The notes under the pieces are model-generated. The model was not told where the DNA came from, made no database searches, and saw only the letters and a program-made list of their open reading frames with translations. The translations under genes and the position numbers were made by a program. A DNA stretch of 64,000 nt from a bacterium (GTDB lineage Bacteria > UBA8248): contig OZ244799.1 of the NCBI GenBank assembly GCA_965219955.1, positions 832,001 through 896,000 of the forward strand, read 5' to 3'. Shown here in pieces: positions 1-9,363 of this stretch (the first letter of the stretch is position 1; the number at the start of each line of letters is the position of its first letter).

Positions 1-2547
1 ATATTCGAGACCTCCGATCATCCCGGCGATAAGCCTACCTATTATTCCCTGATGATGTTTCCCTACCCATCGGGCGATCTGCACATGGGCCACGCCTGTA
101 ACTACACGATGGGCGACGCCATCAGCCGCTACCGGAAGATGCGCGGCTTCGAGGTCTTGCACCCGATGGGCTGGGACGCCCTGGGGCTGCCGGCTGAGAA
201 CGCGGCCATCAATGCCGGCGCGCATCCCGCCGCATGGACCCAAAAAAACATCGACAACATGAGGCGCCAGCTTCGCATGGCGGGCCTCGCCTATGACTGG
301 CCGCGAGAGATTTCCACCGCGCATCCGGGCTATTACAAGTGGACGCAGTGGATTTTCCTCAAAATGCTTGAGAACGGCTTGGCGTATAAGCGAGAAGCCC
401 TCGTCAATTGGGACCCGGTGGATGGCACGGTTCTCGCGAACGAACAGATCCACGACGGTATCGCCTGGCGCAGCGGGGCCAAGGTGGAAAAACGCTGGCT
501 CAGCCAGTGGTTCCTGAAGATTACGGATTATGCGCAGCGCTTGCTCGACGATCTCGATGGCCTCGTCGGGTGGCCCGAGCACGTCAAGCAGCAACAAAGA
601 AACTGGCTGGGACGCAGCGAGGGCGCGCGAATCGATTTCAAACTCGAATCGACAGGCGAGACGCTCTCCGTGTTCACCACCAGGCCGGATACGGTATACG
701 GCGTCACCTTCATGGTCTGCGCGCCCGAGCATCCCCTGATCGATCAGTTGCTGGAGGGGAATTCGCGCGCGGATTCCATCCGCGAGGCCGTGGAAGTCAT
801 GCAGGCCCAAAGCGCCGCGGAACGCATGAGCGAGGAGAGTGAGAAGACGGGCATCGACACGGGTCATTTTATCATCAACCCTGTCAACGGAGACCGCGTA
901 CCCCTGCTCGTGGCCGATTACGCGCTGATGGAATACGGCACGGGCATCGTCATGGGCGTGCCCGCGCACGATCAGCGCGATTTCCTCTTTGCCAGGAAAT
1001 ACGGCATCCCCGTCAAGGTGGTCATCCAGCATCCCGAGGGGGGGCTGGATGGAGACACGATGGAGGAGGCATACATCGAAGACGGTGTGATGGAGAACTC
1101 CGGCCCATTCGACGGCCAGCCGAACCGCGAAGCGTATCCGAAGATGACCGATTATTTTGCAGATAATGGTTTTGGGGATAAGACCATCAACTGGCGGCTG
1201 AGAGACTGGCTCATTTCGCGTCAGCGTTATTGGGGAGTGCCTATTCCCGTTATTTATGAAGATGACGGCAGCATCACCCCGGTGCCGGACGAACATCTGC
1301 CCGTCATGCACCCGCGCGACGTCGAGTTCACGGGCCGGGGAGGAAACCCCCTGGACCAAAGCGAGGATTTCGTGAACGTCATCAGCCCGAAAACCGGCAG
1401 GCCCGCGCGCCGGGAGACGGACACGATGGACACTTTTGTGGACTCGTCCTGGTATTACCTGCGCTACGTCAGCCCCCGTGATGATGACGCCGTATTCAAG
1501 TCGGAGAACGTGAATCGCTGGCTGCCGGTGACGCAGTACATCGGGGGGGCGGAACACGCCGTCATGCACCTGCTGTACTCGCGGTTTTTCACAAAAGTGC
1601 TCTACGACCTGGGCCTCGTCTCCTTCGAGGAGCCGTTCGAGAATCTCTTCACCCAGGGAATGGTATGCAGGATGGCCTACTATGTGGCCGATGCGCGTGG
1701 CCGAGTCTGGGTGCCTTATCAGGATGTGGACGAGGAATCTCTGGTCGTTACGGCGGACGGCCCGAGCGGCAGCGGTTACGAGGCCGGACAGAAAGTGCTC
1801 CCCGAGATGGCCTCGATGAGCAAATCGAAGATGAACGGAGTCTCGATTGAAGAATGCACGGGAAAATACGGGGCGGATGCGGGCAGGCTCTATACGCTGT
1901 TCATCGGCCCTCCCGAACGCTCGAAGGAATGGCGCGACGACGGCCTGATCGGCGTGCACCGCTTCCTGCAAAGGCTTTGGGTCACGTTCTCCGAGCGGCT
2001 CGAGGGCTGGAGGGAAACGGAGGCCTATTCAGGGGATGGGGATGGACTGTCCGCTTCAGGGAGAAAACTCAGGCGCGACGCCCACGCCACTTTGAAGGCT
2101 GTGACGGAAGTTTATGAGCACTCCTTCTCTTTCAACACGGCGGTGGCGCGCATCATGGAGCTGGCCACGTCGCTTCGCGCAGAGGCCGATGCCGAAAATG
2201 CGGTGCAGCGCGAAGCGGCCGAGATTCTTCTTAGCTGCATGGCGCCCATGGCGCCCCACGTGACGGAGGAGCTCTGGGAGGCCCTGGGCACGAGTGGGGG
2301 AGAGGTGAGTATCTTCCGTGAAGCATGGCCTGAGGTGGACGAAGCGGCCATAGCCGCCGAGGAGAAGGAATTCGCCGTTCAGGTGAACGGAAAGACGAGG
2401 CGCACGTTCATGGCGCTGCCGGATGCGTCCGAGGAGGAATTGAGGGAAAAAGCGGAAGCCGTAACGGCCAGTTATATAGGCGATAAGGAGATCGTGAAGC
2501 ACATCGTCGTCCCCGGTCGTCTGGTGAACATCATTGTGAAGGGGTAG
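1..2547 (+). CDS. leuS: Leucyl-tRNA synthetase (5'-partial)
   Basis: MFPYPSG-HMGH, editing-domain FTTRPDT and GTGIVMGVPAHDQRD, DWLISRQRYWG, and a KMSKS-like SMSKS. The frame is open from base 1. Confidence 0.97.
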   Translation: MFETSDHPGDKPTYYSLMMFPYPSGDLHMGHACNYTMGDAISRYRKMRGFEVLHPMGWDALGLPAENAAINAGAHPAAWTQKNIDNMRRQLRMAGLAYDWPREISTAHPGYYKWTQWIFLKMLENGLAYKREALVNWDPVDGTVLANEQIHDGIAWRSGAKVEKRWLSQWFLKITDYAQRLLDDLDGLVGWPEHVKQQQRNWLGRSEGARIDFKLESTGETLSVFTTRPDTVYGVTFMVCAPEHPLIDQLLEGNSRADSIREAVEVMQAQSAAERMSEESEKTGIDTGHFIINPVNGDRVPLLVADYALMEYGTGIVMGVPAHDQRDFLFARKYGIPVKVVIQHPEGGLDGDTMEEAYIEDGVMENSGPFDGQPNREAYPKMTDYFADNGFGDKTINWRLRDWLISRQRYWGVPIPVIYEDDGSITPVPDEHLPVMHPRDVEFTGRGGNPLDQSEDFVNVISPKTGRPARRETDTMDTFVDSSWYYLRYVSPRDDDAVFKSENVNRWLPVTQYIGGAEHAVMHLLYSRFFTKVLYDLGLVSFEEPFENLFTQGMVCRMAYYVADARGRVWVPYQDVDEESLVVTADGPSGSGYEAGQKVLPEMASMSKSKMNGVSIEECTGKYGADAGRLYTLFIGPPERSKEWRDDGLIGVHRFLQRLWVTFSERLEGWRETEAYSGDGDGLSASGRKLRRDAHATLKAVTEVYEHSFSFNTAVARIMELATSLRAEADAENAVQREAAEILLSCMAPMAPHVTEELWEALGTSGGEVSIFREAWPEVDEAAIAAEEKEFAVQVNGKTRRTFMALPDASEEELREKAEAVTASYIGDKEIVKHIVVPGRLVNIIVKG

Positions 2548-2624
2548 ATGACTCCGGTATCATTTTTGGAGCGATATAACGGGAATGATTCATAATGTCA
2601 TGACTTCTGGAGAGGAGATGGAAA

Positions 2625-3077
2625 ATGGCCGAGCGCCCGAAAGAGATGGATGAATTTTTACAAGAACCACATATGGCGAGAATCGCCACTACCAATGCGG
2701 ATGGCTCGCCGCACGTCATCCCGCTTTTGTATCTGTTCAATCCCGAGGATGCGAGTTTCTTCATCAGCACCGGTGAAGATTCGGTCTCGGTGAAAAACCT
2801 GAAGCGCAATCCGGCCTTTGCCATTTGTATCGATGATGAAAAAGCTCCATTCCGCGCCGTTGTCGTGGAGGGTGAGGCGCAGGTTTCCGAGACGATGGGA
2901 ACGGACCACGAGGGGCTGAAAAGCGTGGTGGATCATTTCTTCGGGCCCGATATGTGGGCCAACTATGTCAATACGCCCATTGCGCAAAAAATACGCGTGC
3001 GTATCACCATGGTGCCCAAGAAGTGGAAATGGTGGGATTACCGCAGGATGTTGATGGGTTCGGTGACGGTAGACTAG
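2625..3077 (+). CDS. Pyridoxamine 5'-phosphate oxidase-like split-barrel flavin/F420-binding protein
   Basis: IATTNADGSPHVIP and KNLKRNP motifs; GAGGAG RBS. Confidence 0.8.
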   Translation: MAERPKEMDEFLQEPHMARIATTNADGSPHVIPLLYLFNPEDASFFISTGEDSVSVKNLKRNPAFAICIDDEKAPFRAVVVEGEAQVSETMGTDHEGLKSVVDHFFGPDMWANYVNTPIAQKIRVRITMVPKKWKWWDYRRMLMGSVTVD

Positions 3078-3093
3078 ATTAGCTGGCGACAGG

Positions 3094-3127
3094 AAAGCCC
3101 CGGAGAGTTATCTCCGGGGCTTTTTTT
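3094..3127. terminator. Bidirectional intrinsic terminator
   Basis: AAAGCCCCGGAGA-gtta-TCTCCGGGGCTTTTTTT between convergent genes. Confidence 0.85.
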
Positions 3128-3131
3128 CGGT

Positions 3132-3959
3132 TTATTTCCTTCTCGCCTGTTGAATCATTCGGGTGAGTTGTGCCGAGGTGAGCGCGCCCGGGAACATTTG
3201 ATCGCCGACAACAAAGGCGGGTGTGCCGCGTATTCCTAGAGAACGCGCCAAAGCGTGGTTCTTGGTAACCTGAGCCTGGATGCCGGGCGCTTGCATGTCT
3301 TTTTTCAGACGGGCCGTGTCGATGCCCACGGTGGCGGCGATTTTCATGATGCTCGCTTCATCATAAGAGATTTTGGCCTTCATAAGAGCCTTGTGAAAAA
3401 CCAGATATTTGCCCTGCGCGCGCGAGGCGAGCGCCGCCCGGGCCGCCAATACGGAATTGGGCCCCAGGACAGGGAATTCCTTGTAGACGAGGCGGATTTT
3501 CTTGTCCTTCGCGAGCGCAGCCTCCACAACAGGGGCCACCCGCTTGCAATACCCGCACCGGTAATCGAAAAACTCCACAATCGTCACGTCCCCGTTGGGG
3601 TTCCCGCCCACGGGGTCTTCGGGGTCCGCATAGATTTGTTTCCTGTTTTTCTGAATGGAAGTCCGGGCCGCAGCCAGGCGCATTGCTTCCCGCTTTGCCT
3701 GTAGGGCTCGTATGGCTTCTTCGAGCACTTCGGGGTTGTTGATGAGATATTCTCTGATAATTTTCTCGATGCGCTTTTTCTCGAGGCTTTGCGCCACGAG
3801 GGTGGGGGCGGGCGCTGCTTTCGGTTTCGCTTCCGGGGGGGTGAGTGCGACTGCGTGGTTTTTATCTTTTTGGCTGTTCGCGGATGGAAGCAGGAAAACG
3901 CCTGAGAAGATCATGGCGCCCGCAAGCAATATGGCGATGAAACCCGGTTTTTTCGACAT
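3132..3959 (-). CDS. DsbA family (ScsC/Com1-like) thiol-disulfide oxidoreductase
   Basis: Signal peptide, EYLINNPEVL helix, EFFDYRCGYC, GIRGTP cis-Pro loop. Confidence 0.9.
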   Translation of the reverse strand: MSKKPGFIAILLAGAMIFSGVFLLPSANSQKDKNHAVALTPPEAKPKAAPAPTLVAQSLEKKRIEKIIREYLINNPEVLEEAIRALQAKREAMRLAAARTSIQKNRKQIYADPEDPVGGNPNGDVTIVEFFDYRCGYCKRVAPVVEAALAKDKKIRLVYKEFPVLGPNSVLAARAALASRAQGKYLVFHKALMKAKISYDEASIMKIAATVGIDTARLKKDMQAPGIQAQVTKNHALARSLGIRGTPAFVVGDQMFPGALTSAQLTRMIQQARRK

Positions 3960-4104
3960 TCGAAAGTCCTTTCACTGGGGTATAAGCGGCTGAAGTGCAA
4001 ACGTGGACTCGCGTGCGCCAACCACGAGCGCGCATGTTATGATGGCGTTCCATTTAAGGCAAACGGATTATTTCTGCTCTGCATTCGCTTTTGGAGGGAT
4101 AGGA

Positions 4105-4614
4105 ATGGGTTGTAATGTCGCGCGGCTTGGTCACATGGGAATCCACGTGAGTGACGTGGAGCGATCCATCAGGTTTTACCGGGATGTGGTGGGTCTCAAG
4201 CTGACAGGAAAGTGGGGTCCGCCGGATTTCTTTCGTCCGATCTGTTTTATGCGCTGCGCGGAAAAACACCACACCCTGGTCCTTTTCGAGTTGCCCGAAG
4301 ACGCCGTGAAAGCGGGCCTGACGACAGGCGACTCCGAGCACCGAACGGATGTGGGTTTGCACCATATCGCTTTTGAAGTGGATGACCGTGAAAATTGGCT
4401 TCTCGCCCAGGAACACGTGAAATCCTGTGGCGTCGAGTTCGTCTCGGGCCCATACGTTCACGCGCATGAGGGCTTGGATGAGAACGGATTCATCGGTGGA
4501 AGCGGAAGCCATGCGTTCTACTTTCTGGACCCCGACGGCAACCGGATAGAAATCTATTGCTGGATGATGCGCGTCACCAAGCCGAGCGTTTCTGCTCCCA
4601 ACCCCGATCTTTAG
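4105..4614 (+). CDS. VOC/glyoxalase family protein (extradiol dioxygenase-like domain)
   Basis: LGHMGIHVSD, GLHHIAF, YFLDPDGNRIE. Start moved to the ATG after GGAGG. Confidence 0.85.
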   Translation: MGCNVARLGHMGIHVSDVERSIRFYRDVVGLKLTGKWGPPDFFRPICFMRCAEKHHTLVLFELPEDAVKAGLTTGDSEHRTDVGLHHIAFEVDDRENWLLAQEHVKSCGVEFVSGPYVHAHEGLDENGFIGGSGSHAFYFLDPDGNRIEIYCWMMRVTKPSVSAPNPDL

Positions 4615-4636
4615 GAACAGAAAGGTTTTTTCGCAC

Positions 4637-5689
4637 ATGAGTCAAAATGATGAGCGCATCGTCAACGCGGACGCTCTGCGCGATTTGATGGAGCGCATCC
4701 TGACGGCCGTGGGATGTTCGCACGAGCAATCGATGGCGACGGCCGACGTATTGATAGAAGCCGATCTCAGGGGGTATTCCACCCACGGCCTGATCCGCCT
4801 GCCCAATATGATCAGAAGAATCCAGAGCGGGATGATCAACGCCGAGGCCAAGCCTTATGTCATCCATGAGCGGGAGGGGTCCGCGCTGGTGGAGGGCGAC
4901 CGCGCCATGGGGCCCGTGGGCGCGACTTATGGCGCAAGCCTTGCGGCCAGGAAGGCGGAAAAGGCCGGCTCCTGCACCGTGGGAGTCGTGAACAGCGACC
5001 ATATCTGCATGACGGGCTATTACGCCGAGCGCATCGCCCGGGCCGGCTGCGTGGGAATCGTCGCTGGCGTCACGCAGCCGCTGGTCCATCCTTTCGGGGG
5101 CGTGGAGCGCCTGATGGGCACGAACCCTTTTTCAATTGCCGTTCCAAAGAGCGGAGATGAACCCGTACTCCTCGATTTTGCGACGAGCGCGATTCCTTAT
5201 GGGATGATCTTGAAGGCGAGCGTCACGGGTGAGCCGATTCCAGAAGGCGTGGCGGTGGGGCCGGATGGCGAACCGACGACGGACGCTAAAACGGCCGCCT
5301 CGGGTGCGGTCGCGCCTTTCGGGGGGCACAAAGGCTATGGTCTTTGCCTGTTGATTGGTCTTCTGGCGGGGCCTTTGCTCGGGGCCAAGGTGGGCAAGCC
5401 GCTCAGCCAGTCGGTGCATGAGGGACATTACGACAAGGGGGATTTGTTCATCGCCATCGACCCCTCCGCTTTCGGGGATCCGAAAGTATTCAGGGAGATG
5501 GTCGATTTCCACGTCGCCGAGGTTAAAAATATACGCAGGGCGCCCGGCGTAGAGGAGATTCGCGTGCCGGGGGAACGCAGCTTCAGGGAGAAGGAAAGAA
5601 GGCTGCGGGAAGGAATCCCGGTGGAAGATGGCGTGTGGAAGCAGGTGACGGAAATCTCGGATGAACTCAAAGTGGCGATGCCCGTCTGA
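4637..5689 (+). CDS. Ldh_2 family oxidoreductase (malate/sulfolactate/ureidoglycolate dehydrogenase-like)
   Basis: ADLRGYSTHG, GTNP, DFATS, GGHKGYGL, RVPGE. Confidence 0.9.
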   Translation: MSQNDERIVNADALRDLMERILTAVGCSHEQSMATADVLIEADLRGYSTHGLIRLPNMIRRIQSGMINAEAKPYVIHEREGSALVEGDRAMGPVGATYGASLAARKAEKAGSCTVGVVNSDHICMTGYYAERIARAGCVGIVAGVTQPLVHPFGGVERLMGTNPFSIAVPKSGDEPVLLDFATSAIPYGMILKASVTGEPIPEGVAVGPDGEPTTDAKTAASGAVAPFGGHKGYGLCLLIGLLAGPLLGAKVGKPLSQSVHEGHYDKGDLFIAIDPSAFGDPKVFREMVDFHVAEVKNIRRAPGVEEIRVPGERSFREKERRLREGIPVEDGVWKQVTEISDELKVAMPV

Positions 5690-5840
5690 TGCCGATGCCG
5701 ACTTCATGCCCCTGAAGACTCAACTCAGGAGCACATCGTTTCATTCTGAGGACCGGTGTCTACCGAAGATATTTTTCATCGCTCGCGCTTTTGCGTGGAG
5801 GCTTGGAGTCTCACATCACCAGGCATAAGGGCGGATTTTC

Positions 5841-6665
5841 GTGATGGCTGATTTTTTTGATCGCGCCGTATCGTGGGTGGAAAAGGAAAACCACAGGTTC
5901 ATCGGGATATTGCGAGGCTTGAGCGAGCAGGAGTGGCGCGCACCCACCTTTTGTCCGGATTGGTGTGTGGCCGACGTGGTGGCGCACATGACGCTGGGCG
6001 CGCGTTTTTATGCGCACGTCATACCCGCAGGCGCCGCAGGGCGCCTGGACATGCCATTCGGCGCGGCGGATCTGGAATCGTTCTGGGCGTATCGTAAAAA
6101 AGTGGGGGACGAACTCGTCGCGCTCTCTGGCGATGAGCGGATAGACGCCTTCGCCGAAGCTGTATGGCGGCTGCAGGAAGTCTTCGAGGGGGTTCAGCCC
6201 GACGCTTTGGATAAAAAAGCCTGGCATTGGCTCGCACCGTGTCCGATACGCACGTTTCCCGGACAAAGGCTCTATGAACTGATCCTCCACGACTGGGACA
6301 TCCGAAATCAGCCCGATGGCGATTTGCATGCCTCGTCCCTGCCCGTGGCGGTGGATTGTCTCCCCGAACGATTCCCCATCTTCTTCGGTGCGCGGGGAGA
6401 TAAGGATTTCAGCGGAACGGTCTGCTTCGAGACGATGGAACCCGAGCGGAAATGGGCGCTGCGCATCGAAAAAAGCGAGTCCGAAATCTTGTTTGCCGAT
6501 GATGGGGTTTGCGACGCGCGCGTCATATGCGGCGGGAGCGACCTGGTTTTACTCACCACGGGTCGGGCTATGCTGGAGGAGAAGGAAGGAGGTGGTCGCC
6601 TGCGCATCGAGGGCGACAGGGCGATGGCTGTCAAGGTGCTCGAGGTACTGAGCCGTCCCTTTTAA
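5841..6665 (+). CDS. Maleylpyruvate isomerase (MDMPI/DinB-like) family protein with SCP2-like C-terminus
   Basis: PTFCPDWCVADVVAH and ELILHDWDIR motifs. Confidence 0.8.
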   Translation: MMADFFDRAVSWVEKENHRFIGILRGLSEQEWRAPTFCPDWCVADVVAHMTLGARFYAHVIPAGAAGRLDMPFGAADLESFWAYRKKVGDELVALSGDERIDAFAEAVWRLQEVFEGVQPDALDKKAWHWLAPCPIRTFPGQRLYELILHDWDIRNQPDGDLHASSLPVAVDCLPERFPIFFGARGDKDFSGTVCFETMEPERKWALRIEKSESEILFADDGVCDARVICGGSDLVLLTTGRAMLEEKEGGGRLRIEGDRAMAVKVLEVLSRPF

Positions 6666-6671
6666 CAACCG

Positions 6672-7955
6672 CTATGCTTCAGAGGTTCCTCGTGGCGTTT
6701 CATAGACGAACAGGCACAAGAAGATGCAGAACACCAGGCCGACCGCTATCCCGACGAAGGGGATCACGTAGCTTCCCGTGTAGTCGAAAATAAAACCCGC
6801 CAAAGGTGGGCCGATGAACCCCCCCAGCCCAAAGAAAATTTCGAGCAGTCCGATGGTGGCGCCGAACGAGGGGCCTTTGAACGCATCCGCGGACATGGAT
6901 GAGTAGCATACGCTCATTCCGCCGAGGCCCATACCGTAGACGAATATGAAGACCCATCCCATCAGAAATTTCAACGATATATGAGGGATGGAAAGCAAAA
7001 TAACGATTCCGCAAATTGTCATTAAAGACGAAAGCGCCTGGGCGCGCTGCCGACCGATGATATCGCTCAGCCAGCCCATCGAAAACGTGGCGAGCATCCG
7101 GATCGCGCCCAGCATCCCGAAGAAAAAAGCCGCCAGAGCCGTGCTGTATTCGGCATCGACCAGAAAAAGCTGGAGCTGGCTCAATATGGAGTTGTTGTTC
7201 AGCCCCATGAAGAAGACGACGATGAGGAGCGTCCAGAAGTTCTTTTTCCGGCAGACCTGCCGAAACACCTTGAGCAAGGAAGGGCTGGGCGATTTTTCGC
7301 TTGCTCCGGACGGTGAATGGGCGGGAGGCCCGGGTTCTCCGTCAAGGTATTGCCCCACTTCCTCGGGGCTTCTTCGAAGCAGCAATGCAGTCAGGGGGAC
7401 GACGATGAAAAGGATGGCCAGACCAAAAATCAAATAGGTCAGGCGCCAGCCCTGGGAGGAGATGAGCCTTTCGATAAGGGGGATGAATAGCAGGATTCCC
7501 GTCCCGCTGCCCGAGAGGGCCAACCCCGTGGCGAGTCCGCGCTTTTTCTGAAACCACCGAGGCATGAGGGCGCTGTGCATCGCAAAGCCGCTCAGCGCCA
7601 TTCCGATTCCCACGAACAGACAAGGAACCAGGTAGACGTGCCATAGGTCGCTGATGAAATAGGCCAGCGTGAAGCCTACGCCTACAAACACCGAACCCCA
7701 GGGCATGACCGCCCGCGCGCCTTTTTTGTCGAACAGGTTTCCCGCGATGGGGCTCAATAGCGCGTAGCTGCCCAGCATCAGAGCGTATGCCCCGCCCAGG
7801 GCGCCGCGCCCCCAGCCGAACTCCTGGATCAGCGGAACCTGAAAGATGGAAAAAGAAAAGCGCGCCATCTGATGAAACGCCATGGCGGTGAAGGACGTGC
7901 CGACGATTACCCAACCGTAATAAATCCAGGGGCGGGTGGCTTTTCCTCCTCCCAT
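6672..7955 (-). CDS. MFS transporter
   Basis: About 12 hydrophobic segments, YYGWVIV and RWFQKKRGLATG; paralog of the adjacent gene. Confidence 0.9.
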   Translation of the reverse strand: MGGGKATRPWIYYGWVIVGTSFTAMAFHQMARFSFSIFQVPLIQEFGWGRGALGGAYALMLGSYALLSPIAGNLFDKKGARAVMPWGSVFVGVGFTLAYFISDLWHVYLVPCLFVGIGMALSGFAMHSALMPRWFQKKRGLATGLALSGSGTGILLFIPLIERLISSQGWRLTYLIFGLAILFIVVPLTALLLRRSPEEVGQYLDGEPGPPAHSPSGASEKSPSPSLLKVFRQVCRKKNFWTLLIVVFFMGLNNNSILSQLQLFLVDAEYSTALAAFFFGMLGAIRMLATFSMGWLSDIIGRQRAQALSSLMTICGIVILLSIPHISLKFLMGWVFIFVYGMGLGGMSVCYSSMSADAFKGPSFGATIGLLEIFFGLGGFIGPPLAGFIFDYTGSYVIPFVGIAVGLVFCIFLCLFVYETPRGTSEA

Positions 7956-7961
7956 GGTGGT

Positions 7962-9263
7962 CTATTTCTCGGTGCTGTAGACGAACTGACAGACGAGGAG
8001 CGCAACCGCCTGGAAAATGATCACGATGCAGAAGGGCAGAACATAGCTTCCCGTGTAGTCGAACATGAAGCCCGCCATCGGGGGGCCGACGAATCCTCCG
8101 AGACCGAAAGCAATTTCCAGCAACCCCATGATAACGGCGAACGAGCGTCCGGCGTAGGCGTCCGCGCACATGGCCGCATAGCAGGCCGACATGCCGCCGA
8201 CGCCGAAGCCGTAGATGGCGGCGAACATGAACGCGAGAACGACGCCATTGCTGAAATGTGGGACGGAAAGCAAGACGAGGACACCGAGTCCCGACAGGAA
8301 GAGGGCGATGGCCTGAGCCATTTTGCGCGCGATCCGATCGCTTGCCCAACCAAGAACTATGCTGCCCAGGATTCGGATGGCGCCGGTAAGCCCGAAAACG
8401 AAAGCACCGAACGCGGTGCTGAAATTCGCATCGACGAAGAATATCTGGAGCTGGCTCCAGATAGAATTGTTGTTCAGGCCGATGACAAAAGCGATGATCA
8501 TCAATGCCCAGAAGTTTCTCTCCCGATTTGCCGACCGGAATACCTCTCCCACTCTTTGGGAGTTGGAGGCGGGTGGTTTTGGAAACCCGGCGGCTTCTTC
8601 GTCCGTTACGCCGTCGATATTCTGCCCGACGTCGGCGGGAGCGTTTCTGATCAGGAGCAGTTTGAGTGGAAGGATGATGAGGAGTATCGAAGCGCCGAAA
8701 ATCAGGTAGGCGTAACGCCAGCCGAAGACGGCGATGAGTCTCTCGATGGTGGGCATCAGGATGAAAGAGCCGATGCCGATGCCGGAAATGGCGATGCCCG
8801 CCGCCAGCCCACGGTTTCTGAAAAACCATCGCGGCATGAGCGCGTTGAGCGTTACGAACCCGCTCAATGCAAGCCCCACGCCGATCATGACGCCGATGAA
8901 TATATACGCGTGCCAGAGAGAAGAGATGAAAAAGCCCAGCATGAGCCCTGTCCCAATCGAGACGGAGCCCCAGGGGAGCAGGGCTCTCGGGCCTTTTCTC
9001 TCTAAAATAGATCCTGCCGCGGGGCTGCAGATTGCGTAGAGACTCATGCTCAAGGCGAATGCGCCGCCCAGGGCGCCTCTGCTCCAGCCGAATTCTTCAA
9101 TGAGTGGAACTTGAAACAGGGAAAAGGAAAAGGTGGCCGCCATGTGGAAGCCCATAGTGATGAACGATACGCCTACGATCACCCATCCATAATACAAGCC
9201 GCCTGTTCGCCCGCGGCTGGCGGAGTGGCCCGAAGCCGGAGTGGAACCACCGGATTTGCTCAA
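7962..9263 (-). CDS. MFS transporter
   Basis: About 12 hydrophobic segments, YYGWVIV, RWFFRNRGLAAG, GWASDRIAR. Confidence 0.9.
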   Translation of the reverse strand: MSKSGGSTPASGHSASRGRTGGLYYGWVIVGVSFITMGFHMAATFSFSLFQVPLIEEFGWSRGALGGAFALSMSLYAICSPAAGSILERKGPRALLPWGSVSIGTGLMLGFFISSLWHAYIFIGVMIGVGLALSGFVTLNALMPRWFFRNRGLAAGIAISGIGIGSFILMPTIERLIAVFGWRYAYLIFGASILLIILPLKLLLIRNAPADVGQNIDGVTDEEAAGFPKPPASNSQRVGEVFRSANRERNFWALMIIAFVIGLNNNSIWSQLQIFFVDANFSTAFGAFVFGLTGAIRILGSIVLGWASDRIARKMAQAIALFLSGLGVLVLLSVPHFSNGVVLAFMFAAIYGFGVGGMSACYAAMCADAYAGRSFAVIMGLLEIAFGLGGFVGPPMAGFMFDYTGSYVLPFCIVIIFQAVALLVCQFVYSTEK

Positions 9264-9363
9264 GAAGTCGCCTTTCTCTTCGTTTTTTTCCGAAGCGTGG
9301 GTATAATGTGGGCGTACTCTAAAGGGTTTTCACTCATTCAGAAAGCGTCGTGAGGGTTTTCAG

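Noticed and set aside
5690-5840. Riboswitch or repeat in the intergenic gap
   Set aside because: I found no recognisable aptamer consensus and no second copy in the window.
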